Positions 1 to 12,010 of a DNA stretch of 64,000 nt are shown here, piece after piece (within the stretch, counting starts at the first letter, position 1; each line of letters starts with the position of its first letter). This DNA comes from Octopus sinensis (taxonomy: Eukaryota). The DNA lies in the NCBI RefSeq assembly GCF_006345805.1, contig NC_042999.1, forward strand, positions 51,894,001-51,958,000. Direction: 5' to 3'. Under the pieces are notes generated by a model, which saw only the letters and a program-made list of their open reading frames with translations, made no database searches and had not been told where the DNA came from. Position numbers and translations under genes: made by a program.

Positions 1-173
1 TGGAGAAGATATGATGTTGTTGTGGGCCCGCCCTAGGCAAGAAGTTGTAAGTTTTTTGCCCACGACACTACATGGGCCCTAAGTAAGGCATGTGTAAAAT
101 TTGAATGAAATCGGTTGTGTAGTTCTCAAGTTTTAGTGATTCACACAGACAGACAGATCGGCACACATTCTCA

Positions 174-183
<10 letters not shown>
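1..183 (+). mobile_element. End of a non-autonomous Helentron/DINE-1-like repeat (runs off window start)
   Basis: Same ~150-bp core (gaagatatga...ccctaagtaaggcatgtgtaaaatttgaat...gttctcaagttttag) plus (ACAG)n end as at 3653-3991. Class inferred from core repeat plus (GTCT)n architecture. Confidence 0.45.
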
Positions 184-218
<35 letters not shown>

Positions 219-263
219 ACGGAAAGGGAGGAATTTCGATTATCCCCACGTTGTGAGTTGTAA

Positions 264-299
<36 letters not shown>

Positions 300-396
300 T
301 GTATGTATGTATGTATGTATGTATGTATGTATGTATGTATGTATATATATATACATAGAGAGAGAGAGAGAAAGAGAGAAAGAGAGAAAGAAAGAA

Positions 397-445
<49 letters not shown>
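179..445. repeat. Compound microsatellite (TA)n/(TATG)n/(GA)n
   Basis: Directly visible; source of ORFs 68..523, 240..473, 253..456 and 279..461. Confidence 0.95.
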
Positions 446-1079
446 AACTAGATTGATATAGATAGATGAACATAGTTTATCAGATCTCAACATTCCATTG
501 AAAGCTTTCCGCTCATAAGCCACAAAATATTAGCCTCTGTTAGAGTCATGCAATGTAGGACAGCAGTTAAAACATAGCTCCTCCCATTCTCTCTCTCTCT
601 CTCATTCTTTCTTTCTTTCTTTCTTTCTTTCTTTTCCCTTTATCTGCCTGTCTTTTTCCTTCTTTCTTTCTTCCTTTCTCCCTTCTCTCTCTCCCTCTCT
701 CTCTCCTCTCTATCGCTCTCCCCTCTCTGTATCTATCTTGTCTATCTCTGCTACACCACATATCAATAAACCACTCGAATATTCTTGCAACTAATTGCAT
801 TATTATCCCACAAGGGCTGTTTAGAGTTTAAGCTGTGAAACTGTTTTAAATTAATGTCTTTCTACATTTCTTTCTCTTATAATAATTATCGAAATATGAA
901 ACAAAAACGAAAAATACAAACACACACACGCACACTCACACGCACGCACACTCACACACAAACCAGCATACATACATACACACACGCAAAACATCCCTTT
1001 ATGGACCTTCTTTAATAGTCTATTCTGAATATTTATATATGCACGCACCAGTCTATCTATCTATCTATCTATCTATATA

Positions 1080-1125
<46 letters not shown>

Positions 1126-1131
1126 TCTCTG

Positions 1132-1191
<60 letters not shown>

Positions 1192-1990
1192 ACACATATA
1201 TGTGTGCGTGTGTGTGTACATTCACCCAGAATATTTCCTGTATTCTTATCACCATTTACTCTTCCTTTCTATCTCCGACCGCTCCTTTCCCCCCTTTCTG
1301 TTCTCCCCCTATTAGATACAAATCCCTTATATAACATTTATTTCCCCCCCCCCACTCCGACTATCATAATTTCTCATTCGCTATATCACTCTCTACCACC
1401 ATTCTCCTGTTTTTCTCTAAAATCATCTCCGCTTTCCCTCTAGTAACGTGTATCTTTCCTTTCCCGACTCCTTTCCAATCTTGCCTCGAAATCCACAACA
1501 AAGAACCGTTTGTACATCGTTCACAAGTAGCACTCACCATTGAGATTGACAATGAAAGTAAGACAGAATACTTGACATTGAATCGTCTATTGTATTTGCT
1601 TGTGTCGGTCATCAGCTAATTAGCCTGTCTCTATATTTAGAATGTGAAGAACAAAGAACACAGCTTCTCCATATAGCCACCAGATGTCTCTGCCTACCCT
1701 GTTAATACTCAACAATGTTTGATAAGATCCTCTCCTCTCTCTCTCTCTCTCGTCTCTCTCCTCTCTCTCTCTCTCTCATATATTATCTCTATATAATATA
1801 TATATATATATATATCTATATATATGTATGATGTATTATATTAATGCACAAGCACATACATACATAATGTATGCACAAAAATACATAATGCATTTTCAAA
1901 CACACGCTCACACCTACACAAATACACGTAGATAAACACACACACATACACACATGTATTGTAAGAAATTAAATTATGTCTGTTTATATA

Positions 1991-3050
1991 CAGGGTGCGT
2001 GGGGTATTTGAGGACATTTAGTTCAATAAAACATCAAATTATTTAGTGTATAATTTTTTTTACAGATATCCTTTTCAAAATATGCTAACTCAAGGAATGA
2101 AAGGACATGCAGTCATAGTTGCTATACATGCAAACCACAGTGATTTAGAAATTAGCAACTTTCTAAATGTTGCATGATCATTTGTACACAGAGTTCGGTT
2201 GGATTTGGAGGAATGTTTTTTACCTGTATCATAGAGAAAAAAAGCATTCCCAATGCTCAAACACTAAAAGGACACCGGAATTTATACAGCATGTTCAACC
2301 TCAGAAAATCAATGAGGTCCGTTGCTAAAGAACGTCGGGTGTCAGAGTGGACTATTAGAACTGTGGTACATCGTGACATTCGATACAAATCCAATGTGAA
2401 GAAAAAATCAATTGGTGTCTCCAAAGACACAGGAAAACGGCCTTATCCGTTCAAAAAGGTTACTTAAAGTGAAAAACCCCCATGAACAAGGCATGATGTA
2501 GTTTTTCTCTGACGAAAAAATTGATGGGGGTCAAAACTCTAGCAGAAGAAATGAAAGGTGGTTATGTGCAGATCCTTCTGAAGTACCCAGAGTAATGCAC
2601 ATGACATTTCCAGCAACTGTGATGGCAAAGATCATGTGTTCCTCCCCACTTTTTCCCCACAGGGTCTTAGAATTAATGATACTGGGTACATTGGGGTACT
2701 GGAAACTGTTATCAAGCCCTGGTTTGATGAGGTATGCAATGGAAGGCAATACGTGTTTCAACAAGTTTCAGTACCTTCTCACAAAGCGCTAGTCACCCAA
2801 GAATGGTTGTCAGACAATCTTTACGATTATGTAGCACTCAATATGTGGCCTCCAAACTCGCCAGATTCGAACCCCATGGACTACTACGTGTGGAGCGCTA
2901 TTGAAAGGATATCATTCTCATAATACCATAGCTTCTCTGAAGGCCGCCATTGTCCAGGTGATGTCCGAAATGAATAAGGAGCAAATAGTGTCAGCATGCC
3001 AGCAGTTTCGGTCCCGCATTGAAGCAGTCATTGAAGCCAAACAGGGACAC
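1991..3050 (+). mobile_element. Decayed DD37D (maT-type) Tc1/mariner transposon
   Basis: TA|cagggtg left end; FSDEK at ~2504; FQQV (expected FQQD) to WPPNSPDSNPMD spaced by 37 residues (ORF 2636..2923). Frameshifted; right TIR not found. Confidence 0.8.
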
Positions 3051-3652
3051 AATTCAATTTTTAAACAATAACCAAAGCTCCTTCTCCCAAAGGTGGAGGG
3101 TTACGGTTTACAATTATTTAACAAATGCAACATAACAACGTTTCCCTTACGAGGAACCAACAAACGTGATAATAATAGTTTAAACAGTAATAATAATAAC
3201 AACAAACCTTACGGTGAATCAAAAAAGCAGTACGCGGCAGTTGAAGCTATAGTCCTTCATGTATAAGAAATAAACCAAGCAGTTACTCAGTAGAGCGGGT
3301 GTCGAGAAAACAGAACGTTTACATACAGCCAAACTTCATATAGATACTTAATGCTAGCTAATAAAGTGTATTGCACAGCTCCATCTGGACTATTCCATTC
3401 TGCACACTAATTTCCTTTTTAATTTATTCCCATTCATGTGAAACCAATTATTCAAGTTCAAATCATTGATGCAAAATTTATACAATTGCTATTTTTACTT
3501 TTGTTATGTTACGATTATATACTATACTTTAGCTTGATTTTAAATTATTACTTACTACATTAATTCAATTGTAGTTGTATTGTTAAAGTGAAAAGTATCA
3601 AAACATAAAATAGAGAAATGTTTTTGTTTCACTTTAACACGTAATACTGAGA

Positions 3653-3991
3653 ATAGTGGAGGAAGATATGATATTGCTACGCGGCTCGCCGTAGGCAAGA
3701 AGTTAAACATTCTTTTTTGCCCCATGAAAATACAACTGGACCCTAAGTAAGGCATGTGAAAATTTTGAATGAAATTGGTTGTGTAGTTCTCAAGTTTTAG
3801 GGAATCATAGTGGGGAAGATATGATACTGCTGTGGGCTCGCCCTAGGCAAAACGTTAAAAAAACGTTTTTGCTGATGACACTCCCCGGACCCTAAGTAAG
3901 GCATGTGTAAAATTTGAATAAAATTGGTTGTGTAGTTCTCAAGTTTTAGGGAAACACACAGACAGACAGACACACATTTTCAGTTTTATGT
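3653..3991 (+). mobile_element. Helentron/DINE-1-like repeat with two tandem ~154-bp core units
   Basis: Units start at 3653 and 3807 (atagtgg..gaagatatgata); ends acacacagacagacaga...tatatagagat; homologous to 1-183. Confidence 0.5.
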
Positions 3992-4002
3992 ATATAGAGA
4001 TA

Positions 4003-4036
<34 letters not shown>

Positions 4037-4126
4037 AATATATCTATCTACTTATCTGTCTGTCTGTGTGTCTGCCTGTCTGTCCGTCTGTCCATCTATC
4101 TATCTGTCTGTCTCTCTGTTCGTCTG

Positions 4127-4211
<85 letters not shown>

Positions 4212-4263
4212 TTGTCTGTCTGTATGTGTGTCTCTCTATCTACCTATCTATCTATCTATCTAT
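3992..4263. repeat. (TCTG)n/(TATC)n microsatellite abutting the LINE 5' end
   Basis: Directly visible. Confidence 0.95.
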
Positions 4264-4446
4264 AGCCACCTTGAGCATAATCCTATGAACCAGGAAAAAT
4301 TTAAAACAGAGTTACTCACTTGAAAATAAACGTGCTAACATGTGACATTACTGACCGAGGTTACCGTGGTCTTTTCCGTAGGCTTTTCTTTCCAGGGATA
4401 AACCTTATCTGCTTCCCACTTTACACTTTACATCATGACATTTCTG
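4264..4446 (+). repeat. 5' copy of ~185-bp diverged direct repeat (pairs with 10086-10272)
   Basis: agccaccttga...ctatgaacc...taacatgtgac...tgaccgaggttaccgtggtc(t)tttccgtaggcttttctttcca...tgacatttctg in both copies. Confidence 0.9.
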
Positions 4447-4496
4447 AAAAAATTCTCATAGCCTTCGTGGTTTCATTTAGCCCTTTTATTTCCAAA

Positions 4497-6629
4497 ATGG
4501 CCACTGGTCACCACGAGGCTGAGGTGCAAGTCAAGCGTGACGCAGAGGCAGAAAAACAGGATGCTCAGTTAGCGTACGCTGAACCTGACAACAACTCCAC
4601 CACCACCATCAACTCGACAACAGCAACAAATACACAAAACAAAGGTCGCAAGGCCAAGCACCGCAACACACCATCAGTGAGTCCACACACCAAAAACACC
4701 GACACCCCATACCATGGCAGAATCTGCTACTAAACTGCTATCCCTACTAAAGACACACATCGCCAACCAATAACAATACCAACATCATCACCATCAACCG
4801 CCACCAAAGACCGTGCCGTCAATGCTACTAATACTACAAACACCACCGCCCACCAAAGAACGACAACAACAAACGACAACAACAACAACAACAAACACAC
4901 AACGACGACGACAACAACAATTCCCTTCAACCACTGCTCACATCCATCACCCCAAGTGAAAAAATAACGACGACAAGCAAACGAAATGTCGAAATTTGCG
5001 CTAATGCAGGACTAAATTACGCAGGCAATTTTCCACCCCTTGCTAGTTGCATAATCAGCAACCACAAACCTACCACCCACACCCCTGCCATCAACACAAA
5101 CACCACCGGCATAACAACAATAACAAAACACAACAAAACTTCGCCGAGGCGATAAAAGAAAAGGTAACAAAAGTTTCGTTTACTACACACAAACAAGATT
5201 AAAGATTGCAGAACCATTATTACAAATGAAAACGGAAAAAACTCTTACACATACCTCAACACATACTGAATGAGGTGAAGAAAAAAAAGACAATTGTATA
5301 TAAAAATCACAAAAAAAACTAAATCCAGAAAAGGCAAGCACAGACAAAGTCGAAAAGTGCTTATGCCCAACGCTGGGGATACAAGGATTGTGTGACTTGG
5401 GCGAACAAGTTCGCACACGTACAGGTGGTTTTTCAGAATGAAGAGTTGGCGAAGAAATTCTCAACGATAACCCTTCATTCTGATGAACTAACGTTGACAC
5501 GAGTTACCTCGGCCAGAAGGTGACGAAAGTCATTATCAGTGGTGTCCCCCAAGTGACTACAACACTGTGGATACATCCGCCTTAACATCCGAAATGGAGG
5601 ACTTAAACATCCTAGATATCGGTGTTTCGGAAAACAAGGACTGGCTGGGAAGAGAATAGAGTTCCTCTTCCACATAAGTCAAGAGGACATAAATAAAATC
5701 CCCACCCACGTACATCTTGAGGATGGCCGCAAGTTATACGTAGTAGTCGAGGGCAGAAGGCACGATGCTATACATGTGGCAGTGAGGCACACCTCAAAAA
5801 GGAGTGCAAATCTGCCGCAAAATTACAACAACAACAACAGCCACAGGAAAAATCACAAAAGCCAGGATTATTGCCCACACCACAATATGGACAGCTAGTC
5901 AAGAAGCTGTATGCGGAATGCAGGAAAAACAACAAAGAACAAGCCAACCCAACCAAACAACACCAACACCAGCGCCAAGAACAGAATCATCACCACCAAC
6001 AACAAATAAACCAATTCCAACACCAAGAATAACAACGAAGAAGACAAGCACCAAGGATGTAGGAGAGACAATAACCACAACAAACCCCCCAGCAACACCC
6101 TCCCCGCGCACCACAACAATATCTACAACCGCACAACACACACCCAGACGCTTTACCCTTGCCCCCTGCTGATTCGTCAGACTTTTCATCTAACGATGAA
6201 AGTTCGACAGAATGGCAAATAGCCACAGGGGGTAAAAGAAAAAGATCAAGAAAAACCAAACAAGAAATCGCAACCAAAGCAGGGAGATACCTGAACCCTG
6301 AAAACTCCATACACAACAAAACAAGCACCAACACCACAAAAACAATGCTATCAGCGATAGACACAAAAGACTCCAAACTAATGGAGTACATCACAGGATA
6401 CACAAACATTTGTGAAGATGACTTTAAAAATAGCAATCATCCACGCACTACACCACCCAAACACATCAAAATACTACACATCACACAAACACAACACCAC
6501 AAACTCAAAGCCCTCTTCCCAAATGCTGTAGGGGGTTTCCAGAAATATCTGTCCCAAAAACTATATAGAAACCTCCTCGAAGACACATCAAAGAACGAGG
6601 AAGCCAAAACTTTCGACACAAGTAAGTAA
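4497..6629 (+). pseudogene. L1/Tx1 ORF1 (gag-like nucleic-acid-binding protein), multiply frameshifted
   Basis: ATG at 4497 (MATGHHEAEV...); RRM-like KVTKVIISGVP near 5520; CX2CX4HX4C knuckle CYTCGSEAHLKKEC at 5766-5807; Thr/Pro/Gln-rich linkers; stop at 6629. Confidence 0.75.
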
Positions 6630-6679
6630 CTCTCTGTACTTTCATTTGTGTGTTTTAAAGCACACACCCCAATAGAATC

Positions 6680-9600
6680 ATGGTCAAGATTGGTTGTGTG
6701 AATGCGCGTGGCTTGGGGTCTCCTTGGAAACAAGGATACCTCCTAAATGACATCAAGTCACATGATTTGGGAATCATAGCCATAAGTGAGACCAGACTCC
6801 ACGAGCCACGGGCCATAAAGTCCATGTTTGGCGGACAGTTTAACATTTATTTCGCTCCCTGTCTGCCGAGGATGGGCGGTAGTGGCACCGCGGTACTTTT
6901 TCACAAGAGCCTGGATCTCGAAGTCAAGACGATATTCGTAGACCCGGAGGGTAGACTGATCGTTCTGGATGTTGACGGCAGCAATGGGTGCGTTTTCGAC
7001 TCGTATCAGTCTACGCACCGCCCTTAACAGGTCGGGCGGATTTCTTTCGACGTCTAGAAGTATTCTTGGGAACGTCTCGTCCTTTACTCTTAGTGGGGGA
7101 TTGGAATGCTACCTTGGACACGCATGTAGACTACGTGGGTAGAGACAGAAACAGAAGGGGATGCAAATGCCTCAGAGACCTGCTCAGACGATTCCAACTG
7201 TCTGACAGGTACCGACTCGACCACCCAAATGCACCAACGTGGACATGGAGCAACCGCAGTGGGTCGTCGAGATCGTATCTAGATAGGATACTGTGTAGGA
7301 CAGTAGACAAGGATAACTTAGGATGTCCACAATTCCACACAGTCAGCTACACGGACACAAATTGGTGACGTGTACGCTAGACTTAGATAAGGCACATAGA
7401 CAGGGTCCTGGGTACTGGAAACTGAACGCCTCATTCCCGTCCAGACAAGTTTTCAGAGACCGGATTAGCACACTAGTAAAGAGGGCTTTGACGGGAGCCA
7501 TCATCAACAACAAATGGTGGTTTGCCCTCAAGAGAGCAGTAAAAGCAGAAGCGATTAGGTACAGCAAAGCACTAGCCAGTAGATAGAAATAGAGTAGAGG
7601 GTGAGCTAGTTAAGAAGCTAGAAGAGGCAATTAGAAGCTGCATCGCATCCGACGTTTTGGCGGCGAGGTTGGCCCTCGACCAACACTTCAACGCCAAACA
7701 CGAAGGATGTGCTGTCAGAGCTAGGATGCGTGCTCTAAGGAACGAAGGTGTTGGAGCCACGAGAGAGGCCCGGGTGGCAGAGGCGCAACAGGGCAACAAA
7801 GCCACCATTCGGTCACTGGTAGATGAACAGGGGCGTGAATTGCTCGAGCCAAGTAAAATGTGTGAGGCCTTTCAGCAGCATTTTGCCCGACTGTTCGGGA
7901 CGAGTGGAGGGCAAGAACGTAGGGTAGACTTCAGTGCCTACCTACATAGCCTTCCACGACTCTCGACAAGAAGGCAGGGTGCTGCGAAGGTGCCATCACG
8001 GCGGCGGAAGTGCGGGAAGCGATGGCAGAATGCTCGAGGGACAAATCACCGGGTTTGGATGGTCTACCCTACGAATTTTACTATTGTATGCCAGACTTGT
8101 TTGGAGACGTCTTGGCAGTGGTATACTGCAACTGGCAGCAAAACGGGAGCATACCCGGTTTTGTGAGTCGAGGAGCTGTAACTCTGCTGAAGAAAGATCC
8201 AAACAAGGGAAACATTATAGATAACTTTAGGCCAATCACTCTGCTCAATGCAGACCTGAAAATCTTGACAAAGGTGTTAGCCAAGAGGTTGGCGCTTGTC
8301 ATGGAGAAACTGGTCGACAACGCACAAACGTGCGCCGTGCCGGGCCGGAGCATCCATGACAACCTCCATCTGATGCGCTACATCATAGACAGGGTAGTTA
8401 ACGAACCTGGCATGGGTGGGGCCCTGATCAACTTGGATCAATCGAAAGCCTTTGATAGGGTAGACCATCGATACTTGGAGGCAGTCCTGAGAGCGGCTGA
8501 TTTCGGTCCCGTCTTCCGCGGCTGGATAGCTGCCTTGTACAGAGGCATCCGTTCGGTAATTCGCGTAAATGGACATCTATCGAGACCCTTCGACATTGCA
8601 CGTTCGGTCCGTCAGGGATGCCCCCTCTCGGCGCTTCTATACGTATTGACTCTTGTGCCACTACTGCGGAAGCTGGCGACTCTGAGGGGCATCCCGCGAG
8701 AATTAGGATGCGGGACGAGCGTGTCTGCATACGCGGACGACGTCACCGTCATAGTGTCAAGCCACGAGCACATCGAGCGGGTCGGCGAGACACTGAAAGA
8801 CTACGAAGCGGTGACAGGAGCAAAAATCAACCGCGAAAAGTCAGTGGGCTTGCGGCTCGGCCACCTGGAGAAGCAAGCCCATGCCGTCCACCAGTACCTC
8901 CGTCGTGGACGCTGGACAGACGGCCCGGTTGAGTTGCTCGGGGTCTGGTTCGGTCCGGACCTCCAAATGGAGAAGAACTGGAACGAGATAACGAGTAGGG
9001 TGGTCACTCTCGCCCAGCAATGGGCCGAGAGGAAACTGTCCCTAAAAGGTCGGGCGGAGGTGGTGAACGCGTACATCGCGTCCATCATTACTACCGCCTG
9101 ACCGTCGTACCTTGTCCCGACCCTACCATCACCAAACTAGAACGCATCCTCTTCCGCTTCTTTGGAAAGGATGCGTCCCGATGGTCAGGCGATCCATTTG
9201 CTGTCAACACCCGTTAAAAGGAGGGCTGGGCATGCCGTGGTTGATGATGCGCAAACACGCGCTGAGACTGCGACATCTCTGGCTCTATGTAGACGACGGT
9301 GAACAGGTGTGGTCGCCGTTTGTGAGGCACGCATTCCCGCAACTCGTCTCCATGACCGAACTACAGTCGTGGATCAAAAAGAGGCCGAGGAAGGGCGAAT
9401 GGCACCGCGAGTGTCGCGTTGCTCTCAAGCAACTCTGCCGTCCCGGATCGACCTTGAGTGACTTCAACACAACCAAAGCATTCTATAGGGGATTAGGGGA
9501 GGGGAGGTACGACGACGAGCTCGGGGCAAACCTGGGCGTCGACGAGGAATACCTGACCCGCCTGTTTCAAACGACTTTCGGCCCGGGACCTATGGACAAC

Positions 9601-10110
9601 TTCCAGAGATCCCTGGCCTGGCGGTGCTACCGAGAAGCGCTACCCGTTCGGGATAAGCTCTATAGGCATGGCTCGAGAAACACGGGGCCGACCTGCCCGA
9701 GATGCGGGCAGAGCGACGAAACCGCTCTGCAAGCAATCGTGCAGTGTCCAGCAATTTCCGACCTGTGGGCTTATGTCGAACGACTGCTGTCACGTGTGGG
9801 ACGTGTCGGTTATCAGCCGAGTCTATCGTTAATATCGTCACGCCTCCTTCCTTCAAACGGGAAGGAAGAGCTATTTTTATCATATGTGGCTATGGCGAAA
9901 GAATGTATCTGGTGGACGCGCCTGAAAGGATTAGAGACAAACACTTTCCTCTCTGGTCAATCTCTCATCAACTTCTTCAAGTATCACTTGAAGAGGAAAG
10001 TGAGAGTAGAGAGGCAAGTTTTGTCTAGTGAATGTTTTAAAAAAAGATGGGTGAATGTAGCAAGGATGGCACGTATGAATGACGAAGCCACCTTGACTAT
10101 GATTCTATGA
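6680..10110 (+). pseudogene. L1/Tx1 ORF2 (APE endonuclease + reverse transcriptase + C-terminal zinc finger), disrupted
   Basis: MVKIGCVNARGL/ISETR, LVGDWNA, SYLDRI, GPGYWKLN; KSPGLDGLPYEFY, FRPITLLNAD, LDQSKAFDRVDH, SVRQGCPLS, AYADD; CPRCGQSDETALQAIVQCP. Pieces spread over several frames with an in-frame stop near 7584. Confidence 0.95.
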
Positions 10111-10272
10111 ACCGTAAGAATTAATACAGAGAGTTGCTTATTTGCAAAAAAAAAAAAAGAAATATAACATGTGACTTCATTGACCGAGGTTACCGTGGTC
10201 TTTCCGTAGGCTTTTCTTTCCACGGGTAAACCTCACCTGTTCTCCCCTTTACACTTCATATTGACATTTCTG
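10086..10272 (+). repeat. 3' copy of the direct repeat (last ORF2 codons, stop, start of 3'UTR)
   Basis: Aligns to 4264-4446; 42-43-nt core differs by one T. Confidence 0.9.
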
Positions 10273-11379
10273 TGATAACGATCCCTATTGATCAATTTTT
10301 TCCTCTCCCCCTTTTTTTACCCCCCCCCTTTTTTTGTCCTCTTTCTCTCCTTTTACGATCCCTTTTGATCGACCACCCCTTTTTTATTTTTATTTTTATT
10401 TATTATTTTTTTTACCTTCAAAAGAAAAGCTCTACCTTGTAATTTGTTCTATCTGTGTGCAGCCCTGTGTGGCTAATAAAGAAACATATCTATCTATCTA
10501 TCAATCTATTTAGTGATAATAAAGTCCTCCTGAAATCAAAAAAGTACATCACAACTGATCTTAATAAAAGTATAATTTTACAAGCTATAAAAGGTTTCAA
10601 GATATATTATAGATTATTTTACATAACTCGTAATAGTGACCCAAGTCTCTGGTGAGAAATATAACCGGTAGGAAATTTCAATAAATCACATTCAAGGAAA
10701 TATGATTAGAACAACTTCATTGTTTCAAATTTGTATTCGGTCACAACGTTGTATTTCTCTGCGACATCACTTCATCAGGATGAAGAAATAAGGAACTTTT
10801 CGCTGAACTATTAAACAGCTGCCTGTGGAGAGGGATTAGATATCAAAATAACAACTCCTGACGAACGTTTTGAAAAGCGATATTTTTGCTATGAGCTACG
10901 TCAAGGTTTGTCCTTCATATTGGTGACAACCTCACAAATGGTCCACATAAAATGAGATTATTTGGGGCAATAAGTTTGTCACTATAATACTTGCATGTAA
11001 AAAAATAAAATTTCATCTGAATTCATGGGCTTAATTACAAAAGAGGTCAAACTTAGTTAATGAGTGCATATTTAATGTATATGTACAAAAACATGTATTA
11101 CATACATACATGCATACATACAAAAGAAAAAATACATTAACTTAGCGCTGAAAAGTGAATAAAAATATAGTATCAGAGGCAGGATCCTCAAGAAGCAGTC
11201 TCTTTTGGATGAACTCCTATAAGCCCCAAATCAGCCGGACTAACACACCTTAAAGATGACCTGGAGGTGAAACAGTAACATTGACACGAAGCGAAGTCTC
11301 TCTTCGACTCGTGACCACTACAACACATCACACTTCGAAGGCTATGCATTTGCAATCCAGCAGCAGAACATTGCTGCTA

Positions 11380-11720
11380 AATACCTAATGAACCAAAGAG
11401 ACAGTGAAGACCCTAGAATTCCAAGATGCAATCGTGAATGTGAGTTTGCGTCAGATTTCTTTGGAAGAAATTACAGATGTGTTTGGCTACTATCCAAAAA
11501 TGTGATCAACGTAATACCTCTCTATGCGACATGGCGTTGTTGCAAAAACAATATGCAATTCCATTCGGAAACCATTGATGGTGATACCTTTGTAAATGTG
11601 ATTCAGAAATTCTAGGATGGAAAAGCACCGGGAAGAGACTTGATTGTTGGATATTGGTACAAGACGCTAACAAGCGTATATCACCAGAAGACCATGCTTC
11701 TACAGGCTAGAAGGAAGTTC
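11380..11720 (+). mobile_element. Highly decayed Dong/R4-like LINE fragment
   Basis: IDGDTFVNVIQKF*DGKAPGRDLIVGYWYKTL resembles the KAPGxDxIxGYWxK pre-RT motif seen in the better preserved copies at 13215-15490. Confidence 0.45.
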
Positions 11721-11879
11721 CAGGAGGATAGTAACATTGATAACACTCTGTAACACGATTTTGTCCTTGGGTGGCAAGAGTTATTTCCTATTTGGTTACT
11801 CGTAGAAACTAGGAAAAATGTCTAATATTTTCTTCGAACCTTGCTTTTGTTACATTTGCTCAAAGCTAACAGATGGCTG

Positions 11880-12003
11880 TGATTCTCCCTCACTACTTCT
11901 GCTCATGATTAGAGATGCACATGTTGTCATCCACTAAGAGACATGTTAAGATCAAGGAACTGACGAGAAAACGTGTGGTAATGAGCAGAATAGTTGCTGC
12001 AAC
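11880..12003 (-). mobile_element. Fragment of the (TAA)n-flanked repeat family (see 15813-16276, 50839-51390)
   Basis: cactacttctgctc..gat.agagatgcacat...ccactaag...gtggtaatgagcagaata matches 16147-16265. Confidence 0.75.
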
Positions 12004-12010
12004 AATATTA

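Larger units (their letters stand above)
4264..10486 (+). mobile_element. Near-full-length L1/Tx1-clade non-LTR retrotransposon (inactive)
   Basis: Short 5' region, ORF1 with CCHC knuckle, ORF2 with APE-RT-zinc finger order, pyrimidine-rich 3'UTR, AATAAA at 10475-10480, end ...aagaaaca, (TATC)n on both flanks. Confidence 0.92.

Noticed and set aside
4340-4450. HDV-like ribozyme in the LINE 5' repeat
   Set aside because: A P3/L3-like tct-tttccgt-agg exists, but loop length differs between copies and no consistent P1/P1.1/P2 could be built.
8010-9101. 363-aa RT ORF as an intact, active gene
   Set aside because: It is one piece of a frameshifted ORF2; the APE and C-terminal parts are in other frames, and the zinc-finger His appears as Gln.
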